Positions 20,637-36,081 of a stretch of 64,000 nucleotides of DNA are shown one piece after another. Numbering within the stretch: the stretch's first letter is position 1; the number at the start of each line of letters is the position of its first letter. Position numbers and translations under genes: made by a program. The stretch covers positions 384,001-448,000 of the forward strand of contig CAVYRF010000002.1 of NCBI GenBank assembly GCA_963770895.1. The letters are read 5' to 3'. The notes beneath the pieces were generated by a model. That model ran no database searches. It was not told the origin of the DNA and saw only the letters and a list, made by a program, of their open reading frames with translations. The stretch comes from an uncultured Acidobacteriota bacterium (lineage in GTDB: Bacteria; Acidobacteriota; Thermoanaerobaculia; Multivoradales; UBA5704).

Positions 20637-22398
20637 GCTCGGTCTCCTGGGAATTGGCGTCCGGGGTCTCGTCGGCAGGCGCGGCCGCGGCCTTGGGATG
20701 CGAACGGTCGGCGGCGATCTGCTGGTAGTAGCCGAGCGCGAAGACGGTCTGCCGCTCCAGGCTCAGTGTCGTCGGGATTGCCTGCTCGATGCGTCCGAAG
20801 GTGTCGGCGATCCGCCCCTCGTGCCAGCGGGCAAGGCCGCGTTCGAGCTTGTCGAGGTGAAACTGAGAGGTACGCACGAGCTTCCCGAGAACCAGCGCCG
20901 GCGTGGTGCTCGCCGCGGCGTAGTAGCGCTGGACAACTCCGGCTCCGACGTCCCCCAGGGCGCGGTATTGCAGCGTGGCAAGCATCGCGATCAGCCGCCC
21001 GCAGTGATAGGCGGGATCGGGATGGTCCTCATTGAGATAGGGTTTCATCGCGGGATCTCCTTCGCGGATGAGGAAGGCCTTGAGCAGGCCTACACGGGCA
21101 TGGTTGAGCGGTTGATCGGTGACGATGTCGATCTTGAGCCGCGACAGAGTCCGGGCCATAGCCTGCCGCGGAATGCGATCCTGCCGCACGGCGACGTGCC
21201 ACATCGTGGCCTGGAGCGACGGCGGGAGGTCGTCCAGATCTCGCACCAGGGCGCCGAGCACAGCGAGGAGCCTTGGCGGTGGGGCCAGGCCATTTCCGTC
21301 GCGCCGGGAGATAGAAAGGTCCGAGAACCAGTGATCAATGCTGCGCACCAGTTCCTCGAACTGCCCTTCGATCCAATCGCGCACCATCACCCGCCCGGAG
21401 GCACCGGACAGGGTCAGAATGAAGTAGCGGTTGTCGAGGAGGTCAGGACGCGCGCCGCTTTGCAGAGCCCTCAACAGCTCCCGAGCCCGCTGCTGCGCGC
21501 CGGCCTCAACCGTGCCAGCATCGTCGAGGAATGCCAGCGGATCCTCTTCGCGGGGCACGCGGTTCTTGAACCAGTGCACAACCTTGATGCCCACAAGGCG
21601 CTGGCTCTCTTCTTTGAGCAGGTAGTTGAGCGACGCCCGGTACTCGGCGGCGACCTCCTCGGAAACCGGCGCGTTGGCGGCCTGCGAGAGCCCGTAGGAG
21701 CAGAAGGACTCCTGCTTGAAGGCGGCGACGACGTCACCCATGGCTAGGCCACCGACGTCCGCGAGGCCGGCGATCTTCGGGTGGGTGGGCGCGGGCTTTA
21801 CGAGGTCGCCACTGGCCAGGCAGCGGACCAGTTCAGCGGCGTCTCCCTCGCCGGCCTTACGGGGCGGCGCCAGGCTGCGGCGGAACCGGCGCCACCAGTC
21901 GTGCCAAACCGTCGAATCGACGAGGTACGGCGGCGAAGCGCCCAGGACGGAGAACGTCACCTTGTCGGTCGGCTTGGCCTTGCGTGCCTCAAGCTGGGAG
22001 CGGATCTCCGATAGAACGCCTGCGTCCTCAAGAGTCTCCGCGATGCTGGCGAGGACGGGAAGGGTCTTTGCCGCCTGCCGCAGAAGGTCGGTGAAGTAGG
22101 CGTGTTTGGCGAGGAGCTTGGCATCCGGCTCGCCGTCCGTGAGAAGAGTGACGACGTCGGCGGAGTCAGAGAGGAAGTGACGGCAGCCCGGCCCGCCGCG
22201 CTTGATCTCCGGCTGGGAAAGCTCCGGACACTTGCGGAAGGTGACTCCCGGACTCTTCGGGTCCTGGGCGAGAGGGAGAACTTGAAGGAACCGGCCTTCC
22301 TGGCTGCACACCAGGCCCCAGCGGATCACCTTGGGGGCGAACCCTGGCTCGGTCACCAGGTCGTGGCTGCGGGCGTAGCTCACCAGTGCCCCGAGCAT
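20629..22398 (-). CDS. cas8c: Type I-C Cas8c (Csd1)
   Basis: [32 protein letters not shown]; ATG overlaps the cas5 stop. Confidence 0.95.
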   Translation of the reverse strand: MLGALVSYARSHDLVTEPGFAPKVIRWGLVCSQEGRFLQVLPLAQDPKSPGVTFRKCPELSQPEIKRGGPGCRHFLSDSADVVTLLTDGEPDAKLLAKHAYFTDLLRQAAKTLPVLASIAETLEDAGVLSEIRSQLEARKAKPTDKVTFSVLGASPPYLVDSTVWHDWWRRFRRSLAPPRKAGEGDAAELVRCLASGDLVKPAPTHPKIAGLADVGGLAMGDVVAAFKQESFCSYGLSQAANAPVSEEVAAEYRASLNYLLKEESQRLVGIKVVHWFKNRVPREEDPLAFLDDAGTVEAGAQQRARELLRALQSGARPDLLDNRYFILTLSGASGRVMVRDWIEGQFEELVRSIDHWFSDLSISRRDGNGLAPPPRLLAVLGALVRDLDDLPPSLQATMWHVAVRQDRIPRQAMARTLSRLKIDIVTDQPLNHARVGLLKAFLIREGDPAMKPYLNEDHPDPAYHCGRLIAMLATLQYRALGDVGAGVVQRYYAAASTTPALVLGKLVRTSQFHLDKLERGLARWHEGRIADTFGRIEQAIPTTLSLERQTVFALGYYQQIAADRSHPKAAAAPADETPDANSQETEHV

Positions 22399-23123
22399 CA
22401 GACGCTCTCCCCCATTTTCAGCACGTCCGGACTGCCGTAGTCGGGCACCTGGACCACTCCGCCGCGAAGCTTCGCCAGGAACAGGCTCACTGCGGGAGCG
22501 TCGTGCGCCGTGCCCGGGCGGGATAGATCGAAGACGTCGTACAGCATCAATCCCAGGTCCTCGTCCATGACGATCGGACGCGCTGTGTCCCCGGCCTCCA
22601 CAAGCCTGAAGAAGGCCGGCATCTCGCGACAGCCGAAGTACGGCTGAAAGAAGCACTTCCCCTTCTCCGCCCGGCGGCGGAACTGCGCCTCGAGGGCGGT
22701 CTGGCGGCCCTCATGACCGGGCCAGGCAAGGATGTCCGCCTGCAAGCGGTAGCGCACGTCACGCAGCGCCATCGTCTGCCGCTGGGTGCGCCCCTTCTCA
22801 TCGGTACCGAGCAGATCCCGGTCGCCGTCCGCCCACAGCGGCTCTGGCTTCCGCTTGCCGTCTATCCAATCAAGGACGGCGTTGACATTGACCTTGTCCT
22901 TCACCTCATTGCGCCGCAGGGCGATGTAGGCCGGAACGGCGAGCACCTCGATCACCCGCACTGCCCAACGGAATTCCGCCGGCTTGGCGTAGATGGCGTC
23001 GAAGATCCCCCGCGCGGCTGAAGGGGTGATTACAGGATAACTGAAACGCTCCACCTTCAGCTCCGGACGACTGAAGCACGCGAACTCACCCCAGACCTCG
23101 AGCATCTGTCGAGTCGGCGGCAT
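22398..23123 (-). CDS. cas5c: Type I-C Cas5 (Cas5d, crRNA processing)
   Basis: WGEFACFSRPELKVERFSYPVITPSAARGI, QPYFGCRE; SD GAAAGGAGG upstream. Confidence 0.97.
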   Translation of the reverse strand: MPPTRQMLEVWGEFACFSRPELKVERFSYPVITPSAARGIFDAIYAKPAEFRWAVRVIEVLAVPAYIALRRNEVKDKVNVNAVLDWIDGKRKPEPLWADGDRDLLGTDEKGRTQRQTMALRDVRYRLQADILAWPGHEGRQTALEAQFRRRAEKGKCFFQPYFGCREMPAFFRLVEAGDTARPIVMDEDLGLMLYDVFDLSRPGTAHDAPAVSLFLAKLRGGVVQVPDYGSPDVLKMGESV

Positions 23124-23220
23124 GACGGCCTCCTTTCGCTGGCTACCTCGCTACTAAATACCAACGCGACGAAAATGTTAACGGGGGCGCACGCGTCAGC
23201 TGCGGCCCGTGGCCGTGGTC

Positions 23221-25512
23221 CTACGCGATCCAGGCGGATTCGCTGGGGCCGGTCAGCCCGGCCAGCTGCGGATCGTAGAGATCCTCGCCGAGCAACACGA
23301 ACCAATCCTTGGACTCCTCGCCCTTCTGGCCGGTGGGCGCCGGCCACAGAAAGTTGCGGAACGGGTCGCCTTCCTTCGGCCGGTAGACGTTCACGGTGTG
23401 CGGACGGGCGCGGCGGACCCACCGGGAGGTCAGCTTACCGGCCGCTTTCAGCTCGTCGACTAGTTCATGGAAACGATCAGGCGCGAAAGGGACAAGAACG
23501 TTGATCGCGTCCTGGTCGATCAGGCGGTAGAGAGTGGCGGTCTGCGCGAAGTCCCAGCGATCGATCGCGCTACCGAGTTCCTTCGCCTTCCCCTGGTCCC
23601 CGGCGGTGAGGCCGGTCTGGTCGTAGAGCGTGGAGTAGTAGAGATCGAAAAGCTCGCACGACTGGAGGTCCATCCCACCTGAACCGCGCGCACGGAGGAG
23701 CAGGCGGGTGATGTCGGCGGCCTGCTGGTAACCGCCCGGCGGATACCGCTCGTCCTCCGGCAGGAAGACCCGGACGGTCCCGAGCCCCGGGAGCAGGCCG
23801 TTGCGGTTGCAGCGCCCGGCGGCCTGCGCAATGGCGTCGAGCGGCCCGAGGGCGCGGAAGACAACAGGGAAGTCAATATCCACGCCGGCTTCCACGCACT
23901 GTGTCGAAATCAGCAGGCAGGGCAGCTTCTGATCCAAACGCTGCCGGACATTGGCGAGGATCCTCTGCCGGTGCGCCGGACAGAGGTTTGTCGACAGGTG
24001 GTAGAGGGCGGGGACCCGCCACGCAAGAAGGAGCGACGCCAGCTGCAGAGCGTGGCGCTTGAGGTTGACGATGCACAGTGCGGTGCCGGCGTCGGCGAGC
24101 TGCGCCGCAAGCGATTCCCACGAGGACGGAGCGTCCGTGTCCCATTGCACGGCGACGCGGCGCGCCCGCTCGAAAAGATCGAGTGAGCTGGGTACGATCT
24201 CGCGCGGCGCCCAGCCGGTGGTGGCGAGCTTCTTCACTCGCGAGTCCAGGCGGGCGAATGCCGGTTGCGTGGCGGTGGCGAAAACGACCGACGAGCCGTA
24301 GCGCGCCGCGAGACGCGACAGGGTCGCCAGGGTCGGAACGGCCAGCTGCGGCGGCAGCGTCTGCACCTCGTCGAGCAGGATCACGCTGCCGGCCAGGCGA
24401 TGGAGCTTGCGGCAGGCCGAAGGACGGTTCGCGAAGAGCGACTCCAGAAGCTGCACGCTGGTGGTGACGACAAGGGGTGCATCCCAGTTCTCCACCAGCC
24501 GCCGCCCCGTCTGCTCGGCCGCACTTTGGCCATCCTCGTCCGGGCCGCTATTTGTGCCGCGGGTGCCCGCCAGGCTGTGATGCTCGAGAACGTAGGACTC
24601 CCCGAGGCGAGCGGCAAACAGGCCTCGATAGATCTGTACCGTCTGCTCGATGATGCTCAGGAAAGGGACGGCCACCACGATCCGGCGAAGGCCATTGGCC
24701 AGAGCATGGTGGAGGGCGAAGGCCAGCATCGCCAGCGTCTTGCCCGCGCCCGTGGGCGCCGACAGAGTGAAGAGGCCTGTTCCTGATCTTCCGGCACCGC
24801 GGCAGGCCTCAAGAAGGTCCGCCCGCAGCCTCGCCACCTCAGCCGCGGACCGGTTCTCGGCCGCCAGTCGCGTCACCGCCGCGTCGAAGAGTGCCAGCGC
24901 CTCGGCAGGTCGTAGCTCCGGGCCAGGCAAGCGATGGATCTTTCGTCCCTCAACCTGGCGCTGGAAGTGCGCCTCGGTCTCCAGGAAATCGGCATCCACC
25001 AGCGCCGAGAAAAGCATCCGGACATCAAGCATCGAGCCCGCCCTGGGATGGCTGCACTCGAACAGCGACCCCGCCAGCTGCGGCAGGCCCAGGCCGTCAT
25101 CGCCGAGCCGGCGTAGCAGCAGGGAGACGTCGGTCTCGGTGACCCGGAGTCCCGCAGGCAAATGCGCCGCGAAGCGCTGAAAATCTCGCATCCCGCGCAG
25201 CGCTTCGTAACTCTGCAGCCCAATGTGATGGCCCTGAACTGCGAAGGCGGCGGCAATACCGTGCACCTGGGCGTGGCCAAGAGCCGCCCGTGCTCCTGCC
25301 GACCAATGGTCAAGACCGCGCTCGAGGCCGCCCAGCCGCCGGGTGAAAAGCTCGCTGTACTTCCCAAGATCGTGCAGCAAGCCGGCAAGCCGCGCCTCAT
25401 CGGCGGCGCCAAACCGGGCAGCAATCCCCGCGGCCGTCTCAGCAACGTCCTGGAGATGGTCCCGCAGCGGCTCCCAATTTTCGCGCTCTGGCGCGGAGTG
25501 CGCGTAGTACAT
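23221..25512 (-). CDS. cas3: Cas3 HD nuclease-helicase
   Basis: YAHS, LHDLGK, GHH, LVDADFL, APTGAGKT, DEVQ, QAAGRCNR. Confidence 0.97.
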   Translation of the reverse strand: MYYAHSAPERENWEPLRDHLQDVAETAAGIAARFGAADEARLAGLLHDLGKYSELFTRRLGGLERGLDHWSAGARAALGHAQVHGIAAAFAVQGHHIGLQSYEALRGMRDFQRFAAHLPAGLRVTETDVSLLLRRLGDDGLGLPQLAGSLFECSHPRAGSMLDVRMLFSALVDADFLETEAHFQRQVEGRKIHRLPGPELRPAEALALFDAAVTRLAAENRSAAEVARLRADLLEACRGAGRSGTGLFTLSAPTGAGKTLAMLAFALHHALANGLRRIVVAVPFLSIIEQTVQIYRGLFAARLGESYVLEHHSLAGTRGTNSGPDEDGQSAAEQTGRRLVENWDAPLVVTTSVQLLESLFANRPSACRKLHRLAGSVILLDEVQTLPPQLAVPTLATLSRLAARYGSSVVFATATQPAFARLDSRVKKLATTGWAPREIVPSSLDLFERARRVAVQWDTDAPSSWESLAAQLADAGTALCIVNLKRHALQLASLLLAWRVPALYHLSTNLCPAHRQRILANVRQRLDQKLPCLLISTQCVEAGVDIDFPVVFRALGPLDAIAQAAGRCNRNGLLPGLGTVRVFLPEDERYPPGGYQQAADITRLLLRARGSGGMDLQSCELFDLYYSTLYDQTGLTAGDQGKAKELGSAIDRWDFAQTATLYRLIDQDAINVLVPFAPDRFHELVDELKAAGKLTSRWVRRARPHTVNVYRPKEGDPFRNFLWPAPTGQKGEESKDWFVLLGEDLYDPQLAGLTGPSESAWIA

Positions 25513-25836
25513 GGAGCTTCATTATCTCATCACCATCTGCCGGCGCCACTGGCGACAGCTCGCGCCCAAGGCCTGCAAAGCGGTCCCCCGCCAGTCCGGC
25601 AACGCCTGGCCTGAGGCTGCCCGCCTCGCCTCTCGTCCGCCTCCCTTCATCTTGCGGATTGGCCGCCCCTAAGGCCGGGACACTCCGTCTCAACGCTGGC
25701 GCCATCGCCGCCACCATCGAGCGCCATAGCATTGTTTCGATCCCGCCTGCCCAGGGGGCGACGACAACGGGATGATCCAGTGCGAAGCCCGGGAGGGGTG
25801 ATCTTGCGCCAACACGTACCCCGAATAGCCCAGATC

Positions 25837-31563
<5,727 letters not shown>

Positions 31564-31745
31564 TGCGGCTCCCGAAGTATCTGATCCTTATGGGGTAGAA
31601 GTCCAGACTCCGCGAACCTGACAGCCAGCGCCCCGAATCGGCTGACCTATGCCAGCCAAGGACGCACAAAGCCTTGCGAGCTAGTACTTTATGGGCTCCG
31701 CGAAGCTCTGCTGGGAGGAGTTGATAGCTGGCGGTTCGCGGCCGC
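31564..31745 (-). promoter_or_regulatory. CRISPR leader of array 2
   Basis: TGCGGCTCCYGAAGTATCTGAT next to the repeat and CGCGAACC/GGTTCGCG motifs, both shared with leader 1. Confidence 0.85.
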
Positions 31746-31953
31746 CAATTGTCGTGAGGCGATTCGCGGACCATCGCGCCTCGACGTAGAAGGCGAAACC
31801 TGGCCTCGATCTTGGCAGATTCCTTCCGGGCTCGGGCGGCGATCGCGCCGGGGCCCGGCCACGCTGAATGGCGCTAGACCAGTGCCCAACCGTTTTATTA
31901 GCTTTGCCCGGCCCCCCGGGGGCGGAGCTGCACCGCCAACGCCGTGTTTTCAG

Positions 31954-34881
31954 TTAGTCGTCCAGGTCGTCGGGCAGTACTTCGGAAACCGCGGGCGGCG
32001 CCGCACTTGCGCCGGCGCTCTGCACCCGCTGGCGGCGCTCGACCGGCGGCCAGAGCGGTGAGGGCGGAAAGCCCGGACCGACGCCGGCCGGCGCCGCGTC
32101 GCCGGCGCTGGCGGGCGTCGATTTGCCCGAACCAGTGCCGGCGGGTGCCGTTGGCGACACGTCCACTATGTCCGCCGCCGGAACAGCCGCCGCCTGAACA
32201 CCCGCCGCCTCCTGCCCGGCGGCCTGCTGCCTGGCCGCCTGTTGCCCGAAGCTGACCACGCGGTCCCACACCGCTCCCAGGTCGTCGCCAAAGATCACCA
32301 GGAGGTCGCCGGCGGCGGCGGCCTGTAATGCTTTTTCGACCGCCTCCTTCTCGCGATAAACGTCCGGGGCGATGTGGTCGGCGGGGAAGCCGGCGGCGAT
32401 CAGGCCGCTGCGGAGCAGCTCGCCGACCTCGCCGGGGCGGCGGCCGCGCAGGTGGTCGTCTTCGCGCAGCAGGATCAGGTCGAAGGCGGGGGCGGCGGCG
32501 GCGGCCAGCTGGGCGATGTCTTCGTCGCGGCGGTCGCCGGGGGCGGCGATGACGCCGATGCGCTGGCCGTGGACGGTGAGGCTGCGGATCATGCGCGCCA
32601 TGGCGGCCATGCCGTGGGCGTTGTGGGCGTAGTCGAGCAGGACGCGGAAGGGGAGCTCGTGGTAGAAGTTGAGGCGGCCGGGGGTTTGGAAGAAGTCCGC
32701 GGTGAAGGTGCGCAGGCCCTGGCGGATGTTTTCGACGTCGATGCCCAGGCCGTGGGCGATGGCGGCGGCGAACATGGCGTTCTGCACGTTGTGCAGGGCC
32801 AGGCCTTCCACGGTCGCGGGGATCTGTCGCGCCAGCAGCAGCGGCACCTGCTCGCCGTGCTGATAGAGCACCAGCATGCGGCCCGACAGGCCCTGCACCA
32901 GCGATACCGCGGCGCCGCGGTCGTTGCGGACGTGCGAGGCGACGCGCTCGTTGAGCGGGTCCATGGTGACGTAGATGGGCTTGGCCGGGCTGTGGCTTGC
33001 CATGCGCACGACGCGGGGGTCGTCGGCGTTGAGCACGCAATAGTCGCGCGCCACTTCCACGATGACCTGCTTGACGCGGGCGAGGTCGTCCAGGTTTTCG
33101 ATGCCGCCCAGGCCCAGGTGATCGGAGGCGACGTTGAGCACCGCGCCGACGCCGCATTTGCGCCAGCCGAGGCCGGAGCGGACGATACCGCCGCGGGCGG
33201 TTTCGAGCACGGCCGCGTCGACGGTCGGATCGCGCAGGACCAGGTGACTGGCCCACGGCCCGGTCATGTCGCCTTTCACGGTCAGGACGCCATCGATGTA
33301 AACGCCGTCGCTGGTCGCCATGCCCACGGTGTGGCCGGACAGCTTGAGGATGTGGCCGACCATGCGGGTGGTGGTGGTCTTGCCGTTGGTGCCGGTGATG
33401 GCGGCGATCGGGATGCGGTAGGGAGTGCCGTGCGGAAAGAGCATGTCCAGCACCGGTCCCGCGACGTCGCGCGGGGTGCCCTCGGTGGGCGCCGTGTGCA
33501 TGCGGAAGCCCGGCGCCGCGTTGACTTCGACGACCGCGCCGCCGACCTCTTTATGGCTGCGCGAAATGTCGGGCGAGATGAAATCGACGCCGCCCACGTC
33601 CAGGCCGATGGCGCGCACGCCGCGCTCCGCCATGATGCGGTTGTCGTAATGGATCACGTCGGTCTTGTCGATCGAGGTGCCGCCGGTGCTCAGGTTGCCG
33701 GTCGAGCGCAGATAGAACAGCTGGCCCGCGGGCAGCACCGATTCGGGATCCAGGCCGGCCTCCTTGCACAAGCGCAGCGCCTGCTCGTCCAGCTCCAGGC
33801 GGGTCAGCACCTTTTCATGGCCGACGCCGCGCCGCGGGTCCTGGTTGACCAGCTCGACCAGCTGGGCGATCGTGTGCCGGCCGTCGCCGACGACGTGGCC
33901 GGGCACGCGCTGGGCGACCGCCACCAGCTTGCCGTTTACAATCAGGATGCGGTAGTCGTTGCCCTGTTGAAAGGTTTCGACGATCACCGTCGACGAATAG
34001 TATTCAGCTTCGGCGAACGCCGTCCGCACCTGGTCGGCGGTGGTCAGACCGATGGCGACGCCCTTGCCGTGATTGCCGTCCAGCGGCTTGATCACCACCG
34101 GGTAGCCCAGGCCCTCGGCCTCTTCCACCGCTTCTTCGGCGTCGTAGACCCGCACCTGGCGCGGCACCGGCAGGCCGAGATCGGCCAAAATCTGATTGGT
34201 CAGGCGCTTGTCAGAAGCGATTTCCACCGCGGTGTGGCGGGTTTCGCTGGTGATCGTCGCCTGGATGCGGCGCTGGAACTTGCCGTGTCCCAGCTGCACC
34301 AGCGACCGATCGTTCAAACGAATCCAGGGGATGTCGCGGTCGTCGGCGGCGCGCACCAGCGCCCCGGTCGAGGGGCCGAAGGCACGCCGCTGCGCCAGGC
34401 GCACCAGCGATTCGCACTCGGCGCGAAAATCGAACGGCGACGAGTCGTGGTCCGCCCGCTCGACGGGCAGCAGGTGGCGGAGGACTGCCAGCGCCAGCTC
34501 GCCCGCGGCGCGGCCCACCGCCTCTTCGGCGTAGCTGTACACCACGTGGTACTGCCCGGTCGGCAGCCCCTCGCTCCGCGTCTTGCCGTAGCTGACCGGC
34601 GTGCCGGCAAGACATTGCAGCTCGATCGCCACGTGCTCCAGCACGTGGCCCAGCCAGGTGCCCTCTTCTTCGCGCAGCCGCCGCACGAAGCCGCCGGGCT
34701 CGCCGTACGAGCAGCCGTGCTCCTCAAGGCTCGGGATGAGCGCCAGCAGGCGTTCGTTGAAGCCGGGGAGCTTCATCGTCGGATACGCCTCCAGCTCCCC
34801 CAGGTCGACGCGCAACCGGATCACCGGCGCCAGGGCGTACAGGTTCGGCCCGCGATAGACCCTGGATTCCAGGATTTTCAT
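31954..34881 (-). CDS. cphA: Cyanophycin synthetase
   Basis: RGPN, HGCS...GHVLEH, FGPST, KPLDGNHGKGV, NLSTGG, EVNAAPGFRMH, TGTNGKTTT, LETARGG, PGRLN, DYAHN. Confidence 0.96.
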   Translation of the reverse strand: MKILESRVYRGPNLYALAPVIRLRVDLGELEAYPTMKLPGFNERLLALIPSLEEHGCSYGEPGGFVRRLREEEGTWLGHVLEHVAIELQCLAGTPVSYGKTRSEGLPTGQYHVVYSYAEEAVGRAAGELALAVLRHLLPVERADHDSSPFDFRAECESLVRLAQRRAFGPSTGALVRAADDRDIPWIRLNDRSLVQLGHGKFQRRIQATITSETRHTAVEIASDKRLTNQILADLGLPVPRQVRVYDAEEAVEEAEGLGYPVVIKPLDGNHGKGVAIGLTTADQVRTAFAEAEYYSSTVIVETFQQGNDYRILIVNGKLVAVAQRVPGHVVGDGRHTIAQLVELVNQDPRRGVGHEKVLTRLELDEQALRLCKEAGLDPESVLPAGQLFYLRSTGNLSTGGTSIDKTDVIHYDNRIMAERGVRAIGLDVGGVDFISPDISRSHKEVGGAVVEVNAAPGFRMHTAPTEGTPRDVAGPVLDMLFPHGTPYRIPIAAITGTNGKTTTTRMVGHILKLSGHTVGMATSDGVYIDGVLTVKGDMTGPWASHLVLRDPTVDAAVLETARGGIVRSGLGWRKCGVGAVLNVASDHLGLGGIENLDDLARVKQVIVEVARDYCVLNADDPRVVRMASHSPAKPIYVTMDPLNERVASHVRNDRGAAVSLVQGLSGRMLVLYQHGEQVPLLLARQIPATVEGLALHNVQNAMFAAAIAHGLGIDVENIRQGLRTFTADFFQTPGRLNFYHELPFRVLLDYAHNAHGMAAMARMIRSLTVHGQRIGVIAAPGDRRDEDIAQLAAAAAPAFDLILLREDDHLRGRRPGEVGELLRSGLIAAGFPADHIAPDVYREKEAVEKALQAAAAGDLLVIFGDDLGAVWDRVVSFGQQAARQQAAGQEAAGVQAAAVPAADIVDVSPTAPAGTGSGKSTPASAGDAAPAGVGPGFPPSPLWPPVERRQRVQSAGASAAPPAVSEVLPDDLDD

Positions 34882-35918
34882 CGTCCGTTCATCTCCTCGG
34901 CCGTCGCGTCGTCCTCACCTTCGCCTTCACGTTCGCCGCCCTCGCCGCTCTCGCCGCCGTCACCGCGTTCGCCGCCACCCCCGCCGGCCCCGCCCCCGGC
35001 ACCGCCGACCCCACCGGCACCGGCACCGGCCACACCACCGATCGCCGACCCGCTGGCCAGCCCTGCCGCCGGCGCGCTGCCGGGCAGCACGACCGGCGGA
35101 TGCCCGGTGCGCTCCGCGAGGTCGTAGCTGCACCCGGCGGTCAGCACGTCGAGCTTGACACCGAGCATCGCCAGCGGCCGCCCGCGGCTGACCGCGTAGC
35201 TGTCCGTGTAGCGCATGCCGCGCGCGTCGACCACCGTCACCGCCCCCACCCCCAGCACCTGCAGCACGCCCGAGCCGTCGAGCACCGCGGCGGTGTCTTC
35301 GTCGACGCCGACGCCCAGCAGCCCAGGATGGTAGGACAGCGCGGTCAGCAGCCGGCCGAGCCGGTCGCGCCGCCGGAAGTGCTGATCGATGACCAGCTCG
35401 GGAGCCAGCCCCAGGCCCGGCGCCAGGTGCACCAGGCGGCGGCGCGGCGTGGCGCCGCTGTCGCCGATGGCGATCATGTGCTGCGACAGGTAGGCGGCGC
35501 CGGCGCTGGTGCCGGCCACCACCATCCCGGCGGCATGGCGGGCGCGGATCGTCGCCTCGACCGGCGTGCCGCCCAAGGCAGACGACAGCCGCAACTGGCT
35601 GCCGCCGGTGATGAACAGCCCGGTCGCGTACTCCAGCAGCTCGACCGCCACGTCGCCCGCGCCCAGCGCCTCCTCGCGCGTCGAGATGTGCAGCACCTCG
35701 ACGCTGTCGGCGTTCAGGCCATAGAAGAGGTCGGTGTAGCGCTCGCCCGTCGTCTGCACTTCGGAGGCGGTGGCGAGCACCACCACCGAGGCGTCCGCCC
35801 CGCCCGCCGCCTGCAGGAAATAGCGCAGGATGGTACGCTCGCGCACCTTGTCCTCGGCGCCACCGATCGCGATCAGAGTCCCCGCCTTCGCCGGGGCCTG
35901 CGCCGCCAGGTTGTCCAT
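34878..35918 (-). CDS. cphB: Cyanophycinase (S51 peptidase), cytoplasmic
   Basis: IGGAEDK, TGGSQLRL, AGTSAGA, IDQHF, GVDEDT; ATGA overlap with cphA; start ATG 35918. Confidence 0.93.
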   Translation of the reverse strand: MDNLAAQAPAKAGTLIAIGGAEDKVRERTILRYFLQAAGGADASVVVLATASEVQTTGERYTDLFYGLNADSVEVLHISTREEALGAGDVAVELLEYATGLFITGGSQLRLSSALGGTPVEATIRARHAAGMVVAGTSAGAAYLSQHMIAIGDSGATPRRRLVHLAPGLGLAPELVIDQHFRRRDRLGRLLTALSYHPGLLGVGVDEDTAAVLDGSGVLQVLGVGAVTVVDARGMRYTDSYAVSRGRPLAMLGVKLDVLTAGCSYDLAERTGHPPVVLPGSAPAAGLASGSAIGGVAGAGAGGVGGAGGGAGGGGGERGDGGESGEGGEREGEGEDDATAEEMNGR

Positions 35919-36081
35919 GGTGGATGTCCCGCCTAGTCTTCGACCTGGCGCCCTTGCGGGTCCGGCTGCGCAGTCCCTTTCGCCCACCGTCCGTCCGTGC
36001 CGTTTGCCATGAGCGCGGATGCTAGCACGCGGGCGACGCCGGTCCGGCCTGCGGCCGGCCAAGCCCAAGGAGGCTGACCGC

